Shown here in pieces: positions 42,629 through 51,524 of a stretch of 64,000 nt of DNA. The position numbers and the translations under genes were made by a program. Position 1 is the stretch's first letter; the number at the start of each line of letters is the position of its first letter. The stretch comes from Nitrosopumilus sp. (lineage in GTDB: Archaea > Thermoproteota > Nitrososphaeria > Nitrososphaerales > Nitrosopumilaceae). The stretch spans positions 1,984,001 to 2,048,000 of the forward strand of contig OZ245040.1 of assembly GCA_965224195.1 (NCBI GenBank), read 5' to 3'. A model generated the notes under the pieces. It had not been told where the DNA came from, did not search any database, and was given only the letters and a program-made list of their open reading frames with translations.

Positions 42629-42729
42629 ATAATTTAGAAACAGTAATTTTCATTTTTGGGATTTAGATTATAATTATACCTAGTAGAATATACCTGTGGA
42701 TTTTTATATTGATTATTTTTCACCAAAGC

Positions 42730-42897
42730 ATGGCAAAACTCAAGTGTAATGATTATGGATTTGAGTGTGAATTTGTAGCTGAAGGAGAAATGGAAGATGT
42801 TATTGACAAGTTTAGAACCCACACAGATAACAAACATGGTATAGATTATTCAAAAGAAGCAGTAATGCAATTTCTCTTAAGAAAACAAGGATTATAG
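42730..42897 (+). CDS. DUF1059 small metal-binding protein
   Basis: LKCNDYGFECEF...H...H. Confidence 0.8.
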   Translation: MAKLKCNDYGFECEFVAEGEMEDVIDKFRTHTDNKHGIDYSKEAVMQFLLRKQGL

Positions 42898-42902
42898 TAA
42901 AA

Positions 42903-43988
42903 TTAAGCGTCTAGTCTTTTCATTCTAGCAGATAAAACTGGGAGTTCTTTTTCTATGATTTTCTCTACTGCAGGAACAATGCCTACTCTAGCTTTTACAC
43001 TTTCTTCATAAAGTTCTGCGATTTGATCTCTGAATAATAATTTGATTCCAGGAAGTGCGGTGATTCCTTCATCAACAGTTCTTGGATCAGATAAATCTAG
43101 AACGAGTGTACCTTTTTTCTTGTCTTCCATAACTAATCGAATTCTTTCATATGTGATTAAGAAGTAATCAGAAGTAGTTGCAACAAAAATAATATCATAT
43201 TTGGCAAACCCTACTAAAACATCGTTAAAATCAACAGGTGTTCCGCCAAGAATAGTTGTAAAACCAGTAGCACGCTCTAAACTTCTACTAGATACATCAA
43301 AATTAACATCTTTTTTCTTCAAAGTTTTCGCAAGCATTGCTGCAGGCTCACCTGTACCAATTATCAGCACTTTCTTCTTAGAATCAAGTCCTGCTTTTTC
43401 ATCAACTAATTTAACGGCTATATCACCTAATGAAATAACATCCTTTGCTATTCCAGTAGTATCTCTCATTCTAATTGCTAATCGTATTACACTGTCAAAT
43501 AATTTATTTAAAATATTTCCAGAAACTCCAGCACTCTTTGCATTAGCCAAAGATTGAACAATTTCATCAAAAATTTCTTGTTTTCCAACTACAACAGAGT
43601 CTAATCCAGATGCCAATCGTAATAGATGCAGGTAAACATCATCTCCTTTGTAAACTTCAAGTGTTTGATCAAAGTGATCAATATCAATTCGTTCTAATGC
43701 AGAGAGAGATACCCAAGTATCTTTAATTTGGTTTAACACAAGTGCTTTGCCTTCGGCTCTTCTTGCATCAGGGGAATCTTCAGTTTCTACATTACTTACT
43801 GTAAATATTTCTACACGACTTGCTGTTTGAATAATAATACATTCTTCTACGCCAGAAATCTTTTTGAATTCTTCACATGCTACAGCAACATCTTTGAAAG
43901 TGAATTTTGATAATGTGTGTAATGGAATATTTTTAAAAGTTACACGTGCATTTAAAACATCAAAAGATACTTGACCCATACCATTCAC
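42903..43988 (-). CDS. hemA: Glutamyl-tRNA reductase-like protein
   Basis: TASRVE (for TCNRxE), SGLDSVVVG, IGTG, DLSDPR. Confidence 0.8.
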   Translation of the reverse strand: MNGMGQVSFDVLNARVTFKNIPLHTLSKFTFKDVAVACEEFKKISGVEECIIIQTASRVEIFTVSNVETEDSPDARRAEGKALVLNQIKDTWVSLSALERIDIDHFDQTLEVYKGDDVYLHLLRLASGLDSVVVGKQEIFDEIVQSLANAKSAGVSGNILNKLFDSVIRLAIRMRDTTGIAKDVISLGDIAVKLVDEKAGLDSKKKVLIIGTGEPAAMLAKTLKKKDVNFDVSSRSLERATGFTTILGGTPVDFNDVLVGFAKYDIIFVATTSDYFLITYERIRLVMEDKKKGTLVLDLSDPRTVDEGITALPGIKLLFRDQIAELYEESVKARVGIVPAVEKIIEKELPVLSARMKRLDA

Positions 43989-44705
43989 CTATGCATTAAT
44001 CCTATCCCTACCACCTTTGGCAGTTCTAAAAACATTCATTCCAATAAAGAAATTTTCATGTAAAGATTCTAAGTAAATAATTTCATTCTCTGTTTCTTTA
44101 ATTTCTTTTTTAGTTACATCAGGGTTATTTTTTAATTGTTCAAGTTTTTGTTTGGTTTCTTCTAAAAATGAATCAACAGCACGTTCATAATTTGAAACAC
44201 CAGCAAATTCTGGACTAAGAACATGTTCAGGAACATAAGCAGGAGTATGATCATGATATACCTCTGCTTGTCTAGTGAGGGATTCTTGTTCATCTGCTGA
44301 AAGAATTGGTCGTGGGAAACGATCTGCTTTATCTAACCAAAATTCAGGTTCACCCATATCTCGTCTAAAAATTTCTTCGCCTTGCCTCTTGAATGTATGA
44401 TCTGATTTTACAGCTGCATCTGCTTTTACTTCAGCTGCAATTGCTTTGTATTCTTCTTCAGCTGCTGATTCTGCATCTGCTTTAGCTGCTTCTGCTTTGG
44501 CAAGAGCTTCTTTTACTGCTAGTTCTGCTTCCTCAACTGCTTTTACAGCTGCTTCTGCTTTAACAATTGCAGCTTCTGATACTTTAGATTCTTCTGCTGC
44601 CTTAGATTCTAGTTTTGCAGTTTCATCCGTAGTTGTATTTTCAGATGAAGAATCTTCAGTAGTTTTTGCATCCACTTTAGATTCTTTTTTCTCTTCAGAC
44701 AACAA
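43989..44705 (-). CDS. Hypothetical protein with Ala/Glu/Lys-rich N-terminal coiled coil
   Basis: 238-aa ORF. Confidence 0.7.
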   Translation of the reverse strand: MLSEEKKESKVDAKTTEDSSSENTTTDETAKLESKAAEESKVSEAAIVKAEAAVKAVEEAELAVKEALAKAEAAKADAESAAEEEYKAIAAEVKADAAVKSDHTFKRQGEEIFRRDMGEPEFWLDKADRFPRPILSADEQESLTRQAEVYHDHTPAYVPEHVLSPEFAGVSNYERAVDSFLEETKQKLEQLKNNPDVTKKEIKETENEIIYLESLHENFFIGMNVFRTAKGGRDRINA

Positions 44706-44838
44706 ATTTTACTAAAATTGCCTGAATTTTAATATTCTTGTGAGATTCATCGACAGTCCATTCCTTTTTCAATAATATTTTCTAGAAATTTAATTCTGAT
44801 CGATGTAAATGATATCAAAATGTAAAAAATAGAAATAA

Positions 44839-44859
44839 TGGCGCCCTCGGCGGGATTTG
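44839..44859 (-). repeat. att site: duplicated tRNA-Asp 3' end including CCA
   Basis: GCGCCCTCGGCGGGATTTG at 44841-44859 identical to 57921-57939. Confidence 0.92.
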
Positions 44860-45081
44860 TGAGATCAGTTTGACCACCTCACAGACTTGGGTGTGAACTT
44901 TGATGAATTTAACCACAAAATTTTAGTTCAAATTCAAAGAAATTTTGTTATACAGAATTAACTGATTTTAGATTTTGATGTGACTACGGTTCAAATTTAC
45001 CTCTACCATAAATAACACGGGGAATATAGGTACGACTTAACATTTTGTATTATTTTAGAGGAATTTTCGTTCTAGGAGTAG

Positions 45082-45189
45082 GATCTGCTTGAGTGGACAG
45101 AGACTCAAATTGAGACATCCAGATTTACAAACTATTCTCATGCCATACAGTACTCTGTAAGGCAATTAAAAGAAAGTGGAGAAGAGTAG
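45082..45189 (+). pseudogene. Ribbon-helix-helix protein remnant
   Basis: DLLEWTETQIETSRFTNYSHAIQYSVRQL, preceded by in-frame TAG. Confidence 0.5.
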
Positions 45190-45262
45190 AAACTCAAAAG
45201 TTTGGATTTAACAAAACAAATTTTCAATTAATGTTATTAACTTAAGAATTTATAATATATCA

Positions 45263-45841
45263 GTGGAAGAGATAAAAGAAGATAGTAAGACTTTTGATAA
45301 AATCAAGGTTTTTTATTCAGAAGATGACAAATTGAAGATTTTCGGCGAGTTGTTAAGTAACAAATCAAGTAGAGACATCATTAAGTTCTTGATTGAAAAG
45401 GAGAGGTATACAAATGAGATTGCAAAAAAATTAGAGATTAGACCAAATTTAGTAATACATCATCTAAAAAAGATGGAAGAATTAGGATTATTAGAAATTA
45501 CAGAAAAAAAAATTTCTAAAAATGGTAATAAACATAAATTTTACAAAATGATTCCAAATGTGTTCATTTCTCCAAATTATTCAAAACAAGAGTTTGAAAA
45601 GAAAGTAATGTTTAAGAAAATTTTCAAACAAGGATTAAAGTTTGCAACAATTGGATTAGTGGCTAGTGCGGTTTGGATGGCTGATGTAGTAAAGTTAACA
45701 AATACCAAAGAAATTTATCCTGTTCCATTTGGAACTCAAACTCAACAATTAGATCCGTTAATTCCAGCTTTAATTATAATAATTATTGGTTTAGTTCTAG
45801 AGAGAATTTTTAGTTTAAAAAAAAAGAAAAAAAGGGGTTAG
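45263..45841 (+). CDS. ArsR-like wHTH regulator with C-terminal membrane anchor
   Basis: LSNKSSRDII...EIAKKL...HHLKKMEELGLL; two hydrophobic segments and a poly-Lys tail. Confidence 0.8.
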   Translation: MEEIKEDSKTFDKIKVFYSEDDKLKIFGELLSNKSSRDIIKFLIEKERYTNEIAKKLEIRPNLVIHHLKKMEELGLLEITEKKISKNGNKHKFYKMIPNVFISPNYSKQEFEKKVMFKKIFKQGLKFATIGLVASAVWMADVVKLTNTKEIYPVPFGTQTQQLDPLIPALIIIIIGLVLERIFSLKKKKKRG

Positions 45842-46794
45842 TTGTTGTTGAACATTTCAACATCTGATTGATCAACTACTGTTGTGGTTTGCCCACAGAA
45901 AGAACCTTGAGAACCAGTGGCACTGAAATTATCAGTATCTCCAGTATGGTATATTGGATCGAAATTTAGATCACCCTGTAGCTCATTACAGTCACTATGT
46001 AGATCATAGGTTTCAACTGCAACTAATCCTACTTTCATTGTAGTAGATGAATATACAATGTATGAGTCATTAGCTGCTGAATAATCATAGTTTTTCATAG
46101 ATATTGTCCAATAGTTATTAGATTCACTAATTGTTCCTCTAAGTCTATCATCATAATCTGCATCTTCACAAGGAGTTCCCCAAGCATTTCCACCTACATA
46201 GACTAGGGCATAAGTTACCCAATCATCACCAGCATCACAATAGGAGCTATATCCATGTTGTAATACAGGTTGCAAGATAATACTTGATGAACCAGTTGGC
46301 TGAATTGCTGGGAATGAGAAATTAGTTCCACCATCAAAATCTGTTGGTGCATCTGGTACATTTCAATATGCTCTTAGATATGAAAAATCATTGTTTGCAC
46401 TGCTTTTGTGTGCAACTTGATTGTATCCATCACCAGCTTCTGCTAATGGAATAGTGAATAGATTCGTTAATGTTTGAATCCAATCAAATGACGTTTTGAT
46501 AGTTTCTGATTTTTCTGCTTTTTCTATCATAGCATCGAGGTCTAATACTTTCTCTTTTGTTTCAGGATGATCTCTGTAGATAGGCTCCATTTGCTTTATT
46601 TCACTTGGTTTAACCCATCCGACACCAGGATACAGTTTGTAGCCTGCTGCTAGTTTTAGATCTCTTTCTTCGTTTGGTATTGTTAAACTATCAATAACTT
46701 TTTCTGCTTGTGCTGTCTGCATTCCAGAGAATGAGGCAAACAAAGCAATTGTTAAAGAAGCAAACAATACTGTTTTGATTGTTTTTGATGTCAT
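45838..46794 (-). pseudogene. Secreted protein, possibly glutamic-peptidase (G1)-like, split by a TGA at 46363-46365
   Basis: ORFs 46363..46806 and 45838..46275 share a frame; readthrough gives YLRAY*NVPDAP...FPAIQP...ILQPVLQ. Confidence 0.7.
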
Positions 46795-46824
46795 TGATAT
46801 ACACAAAACTATTATGTTAATAAA

Positions 46825-46852
46825 AATTAGTTCAATTTGGATTGAACTAATT
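46825..46852. promoter_or_regulatory. Perfect 12-bp inverted repeat AATTAGTTCAAT-N4-ATTGAACTAATT
   Basis: Directly upstream of the minus-strand TTTATTAA box of the secreted-protein gene. Confidence 0.6.
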
Positions 46853-47124
46853 CTTTAGTAATAATATAATATATCATCGTATGATTAACTGTACAACGAA
46901 GAACATAGAAAATCCAATTGGAAGAATTATCAAAAGTCTAGTTTTCAATTACTCAAGCTAAAATTATAAGGTTCATAAGTACTTCAAATCTTTAACTTCT
47001 TCAAAGGAATTTGAAGAGTTAGTTTAACATCCTACAAGATCAAACCCAGTAGAGTTTAAACAATGTGGAACTGTTGAGTTCCACATTTTTGATAGTTCTT
47101 AAAAATCAAAAATGGTGTAAACAA

Positions 47125-47190
47125 ATGTCTAGAACCGTTTCTGCACGCATATCTACAAAAATGCATAATGAATTAAGAGAAAGATTCTAG
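47125..47190 (+). pseudogene. Truncated ribbon-helix-helix gene
   Basis: MSRTVSARISTKMHNELRERF*. Confidence 0.4.
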
Positions 47191-47265
47191 GAATATTGTA
47201 AAGAATATGTGATTTACTAAGAGAATTTTATGATCTTTTATTATTGATAGTTACAAAATATCATC

Positions 47266-47367
47266 ATGAATACTGCACCAATTTGGTCTAGCCCAAAGTG
47301 TTCTGATTGTAAAAGAATTAGATGCAGTAAGGGGTGTAACTGTGATTGTCATTGGAATAGAAGATAA
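47266..47367 (+). CDS. 33-aa Cys-rich peptide
   Basis: MNTAPIWSSPKCSDCKRIRCSKGCNCDCHWNRR*. Confidence 0.5.
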   Translation: MNTAPIWSSPKCSDCKRIRCSKGCNCDCHWNRR

Positions 47368-47910
47368 CCCATACCATTCTATCAAAAGTTACTGCAGAAA
47401 GGGTTCGAAAATTCTCAAAGTCAGTTACTAACAAACTATCAAAATTTCAATAATCCTAACTATGATTATTGGGAACATCCACGCACAAAATAATCATTAT
47501 TGTTGTAGATTTGTAAAACATCAACAATTATTCCACAACATCACTCCACGCATGGAACTCTGTGGATGCGGTGTTTTTGTAAACTTCCATGCGTGGTGAC
47601 CATTAACTTCCATGCGTGGAAAGTGTGTTTTGATGTGTTATGAGTTGACGTTTTATTGTTGACGTTTACAACAGTTGATGTCAACACTATCCAAACGTCC
47701 ACGCGTGGACATATTTTCATCTTTTGTTGTAGTTTTCCAATAATCCTAAATCTCATAATTAGGATTATTGTGGATTAGATGGATGATACAATAGATCTAA
47801 CTCTTATCCATTCTGTCAATAATTACTGCAGAAAGGGTTCGAAAAATTTCAAAGTCAGGCACAACTAAAATATCATATTTCCAATAATCATAACTAGGAT
47901 TATTGGAAAT
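47356..47910. repeat. Two about 120-bp imperfect direct repeats ending in palindromes and enclosing short repeated motifs
   Basis: TTACTGCAGAAAGGGTTCGAAAA exact at 47389 and 47823; CAATAATC..GATTATTG palindromes at 47448, 47738 and 47882. Confidence 0.85.
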
Positions 47911-47970
47911 TGAGTATTTCTGGTATATCTTAATCTTGAAAATTTTTGAGGCTTTTCTGTAGAAAAAAAA

Positions 47971-48102
47971 TTATTGAGATACAAATGTTTGACAAGTGCA
48001 CTCTGAACCATCAGATAGAGTTTTGGAACATTTGCCCTCTGATGGATGGTCTTTTCTATAATGTGGACAACTGGTGTTACCACATTCGTCATAATCTCCC
48101 AT
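47971..48102 (-). CDS. 43-aa Cys/His-rich zinc-binding peptide
   Basis: MGDYDECGNTSCPHYRKDHPSEGKCSKTLSDGSECTCQTFVSQ*. Confidence 0.55.
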   Translation of the reverse strand: MGDYDECGNTSCPHYRKDHPSEGKCSKTLSDGSECTCQTFVSQ

Positions 48103-48212
48103 AATTATACAACAAATTTAATATATTTAATTTTGATCTTGCAATAATAGTCAAGTCATAATCAACATAATATCACTAAATAGTTTGTAACAAAATACAA
48201 TCGATTCTTTTT

Positions 48213-49172
48213 TTGGTTAGATCGCTACAAAATCTGATATTGTCAGATAATACAAACATTCATGAGAAAAGCGATAGAGAGGTCTTGATGGTATTATTTG
48301 AAGACCTGCAATCAATCAAAGAGAAACTAGGAATAGAAGAAAAACGATTTACTGCAATAACGAATTATGAAGGTACAATATCCCACTATGAGGAATTTGC
48401 CAAATCTGAACTAAATCTGAATTCGGGTACAATAAAGAACCATGTAGGTGCTTTAAGAAAATTCTTGGAATTCTGCAATGGTAACATCACAGAAGATATG
48501 GTAAAAAATTATCTTGATTCAATGGAACAATCAAGCCAAACAAACCAACTCAAAGTACTAAGACGATTCATTAGAGATTATCTAAAACTAGGCAACTGGA
48601 TAAACGAGATATCATTCAAGACACAGAAAACCAAACTAAAAACTCAGAAACTACCAAACAATGAAGAACTATCCACATTTTGTACAGAACTTGAAACATT
48701 GCAGATGCAGCTAGTATTTTTTATTTGCTTTAATTCTGGTTTGAGGGTAAATGAGACGTTACAGATAGAGACAGACAAGATGGATTATTCATTAAACTGT
48801 ATTGATGTATCAGAGGTTCACACAGGTGATACAAAATCATCATGGTTTGGATTCTTTACAACTCAAACAGCAGAGTATCTTGAGAATTACACAAGTAACA
48901 ATTATCTTGATGGCAAGATATTTGATGTAACATATGACCAGGTGTATGCAGAATTCAAGAGAGTAAGTGCGATTACAGGGATAGAACTAACACCAAAATC
49001 ACTAAGAATGATTTTTGTTGAGAGATGTATTGATGCCAAAATTGATAAAAATGTGATTGATATTTTTGAGGGTTGAATCCCTAAAGGTGTCCAGTCTAAA
49101 ATTTATCGTAATTATTCACCTGAGAGATTAAAAGAACATTACAATAAAGTTGAAGAATTATTGATTTTGTAA
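48213..49172 (+). pseudogene. Second tyrosine recombinase with premature TGA at 49074-49076
   Basis: SGLRVNE, TK, PKSLR; after the stop IPKGVQSKIYRNYSPERLKEHY carries the probable catalytic Tyr. Confidence 0.85.
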
Positions 49173-49345
49173 GTCAATCTTAAAAAAAAATATCATATTG
49201 AACAATCTAATTAGATTCATGAATTGATAAAAAGACATATTGATTTACTTTTTTAATTATCATCTTAGAATGGATTAGAATTTAACTAATAGTCAACACC
49301 TTGTAAAATTATAACAAATAAACTATAATCATGTAATAGTATTAG

Positions 49346-50212
49346 ATGAAAATAAGAAATAGTATTTTACATCATCCTTTTGCTACAATGATTGCCTTAC
49401 CCATCATGGAATTTGCAATAATTTGGGGTATTTTATTTCAACCATCTTCTTCAGATATTTCTGAATATCAAATAGAAATAACAAATGCAATAATCACCTC
49501 ACTGATAATTGTTTTTTGTGTTTTGATATTGTCACTTTTTGGCTCGAAAGTAATTGGTAAAACAATTGAAGTAATTTATGAGAAATTAAAGTCAAAAGAT
49601 TTTATCATGACTTTTGATTCTTATCGATATGCATATCCAATTTATTTTATTTTTCTTATAATATTGAGTATGATTATTGTAATCAATTCGAATGTAAATA
49701 ATATTCAATTAGAAGATAGAATTAAATTATTTATTATTTTTCTATGGATGCATTGCATGGGTACAGTTATGATACATTCCAATAGACATACTACATTACT
49801 CTTACAAAATAAAAAAAACTGGTTTTTGGCAAAAGCCAATTTTGAACTAACAAAAAATGCAAAGACTGAGAATAACAAGTTACGTTATTTCACTAGAGCA
49901 TTGTTAGAACTAGATAATTTTTATAAAAAAAATTGTGGCTTACAAATCAAAATAAAAATGAAAAACATGATAACAAATGATTTTGTAAAAAATATTGAGC
50001 ATAGTGAAACAATGAAAAAATATCAAACAATATTTGATTGTGAGAAAATATCTTGTTTGCGAATGCAACTACAAAATAATTTTACTAAAAAAGAAGAATG
50101 TTTTGCAGCACATCAACCACAACCAAATTATCAAAAAATTTCAATAGTAATTGCATTATTTTTGTTAGGGATAGTGGGAAGTAAATTTTTGATTGATTTT
50201 ATATTTATATAA
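49346..50212 (+). CDS. Low-GC multi-TM cargo protein of unknown function
   Basis: 288-aa ORF with about 5 hydrophobic segments. Confidence 0.65.
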   Translation: MKIRNSILHHPFATMIALPIMEFAIIWGILFQPSSSDISEYQIEITNAIITSLIIVFCVLILSLFGSKVIGKTIEVIYEKLKSKDFIMTFDSYRYAYPIYFIFLIILSMIIVINSNVNNIQLEDRIKLFIIFLWMHCMGTVMIHSNRHTTLLLQNKKNWFLAKANFELTKNAKTENNKLRYFTRALLELDNFYKKNCGLQIKIKMKNMITNDFVKNIEHSETMKKYQTIFDCEKISCLRMQLQNNFTKKEECFAAHQPQPNYQKISIVIALFLLGIVGSKFLIDFIFI

Positions 50213-50240
50213 AAAAGATGTGTGTAGATAATAAAAAAAT

Positions 50241-50575
50241 CTACTTTGCTAACACTGTTTGTTTTTTCATCAGTTCTATTCTATTGACGTTGATTGTATA
50301 CTTGTCACGTCCATAAGGCTCAGGTAGTATTGGTATATGTTGACCTACCATCTTTATCGTGTCATTTCCAAATTTGTCAATCAGTGAATTTTTTGACTGT
50401 TTGTTGAGTGTCCATACTCCTATGGTCTCTTTTTTGTCATTACACTGGACTCTTGTCTTTACAGTACTACCAAACCCGTTATCAGGCATCTTTGGCTCCT
50501 CAAGAATGATTAATTTTGTGATGCGATTCTCTTTTACAAAATCACCGTCTAGTTCTCTATCTAATTCTATTTCAT
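50241..50575 (-). pseudogene. Small mobile-element protein (possibly OB-fold/SSB-like), start apparently frameshifted
   Basis: WTLNKQSKNSLIDKFGNDT..MVG motif; frame extends upstream to IELDRELDGDFVK, one base off ATG 50575. Confidence 0.45.
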
Positions 50576-51524
50576 TTCACCCCCTCTTATGTCACACAAG
50601 TCACATACGATATGGTGTAATTCAGGATCATTATCATGCATATTCTTTAGAGAATATGGCAAGATTCCCTTTTTGTAGACCTCTTTGAGTTTGTAATTAA
50701 TTAATTGTCCAGATACAGAGTTTCCAAAATAATCTAAAAGTATTTTTTCACATTCTTGTAACGTTAATTTTTTTACATTAACCAAGTATGGACATAGAAC
50801 TAGAGCAAATATTCTTTTTTTATCATCAGTGATTTTGTTTTGTAGGATTTTTTCAATGTATTTTATTTTACCTTGATTAGTAAAATTTCCATTATACCTT
50901 TGTTGTTCTAGTTTATGCAAGTGTGCTAAAAATGGCAGATTATTTACTTGTGGTCTAATGCCATTCCATTCAGAATAATTTTAACCTGTGATTCTTCTTT
51001 TGATTTTCCATATAACAATGATTTTTTGTTGTATGAATATGGCACTCTAATCATACAGGATTTTAAACTTGGATGATTTGCACCATCACATTTTGAATTT
51101 GATAGATATCTTTCTGCAAACTGTAAGAATTTTTTAGAATATCAAAGATTTGTTTTTGGTGTAGTGTTGTATTTGTAAATGAAATTATATCTATTGGTTG
51201 AATTACTGCATAACCATTACCAGTGTCTAGAACCAGAGGTATACCGTTAATCTCTTTGTGAAATAGTGCTAATGTTTCATTTAGTGCTGTCTTATCATCT
51301 AGATCTACAAATATCAAATTAGGTTTTTCTTGATTAATTTCCTCTAGTCCAAAAGCGGATAATCTGCAATCTATTAGATTAGATTTTACAAAAAATTCTA
51401 GTGCTTCTGCTTTAGAGTAAACTTGTACCTGTTTGTTTTCTGTAGCTAGTGTTGATACGGTTCTTGGGAATTTGCTCTCAAAATGATTCAAGAGGTAATC
51501 TAACCCATATTCTATATCTATCAA
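50567..51524 (-). pseudogene. AEP primase domain fused to a PriX-like domain, two frameshifts
   Basis: IFVDLDD, TGNGY, MIRVPYSYN (alternative frame), YIEKILQ...LCPYLVNVKKL. Confidence 0.7.

Noticed and set aside
44430-44620. GCT/TCT-rich periodic sequence
   Set aside because: Explained by the Ala/Glu/Lys-rich coiled coil on the minus strand
44755-44770. Partial similarity of CAGTCCATTCCTTT to the putative spacer at 63854
   Set aside because: Too short and gapped to be a protospacer
47401-47411. GGGTTCGAA as part of a tRNA or tRNA-derived att site
   Set aside because: No cloverleaf or T-stem complement around either copy
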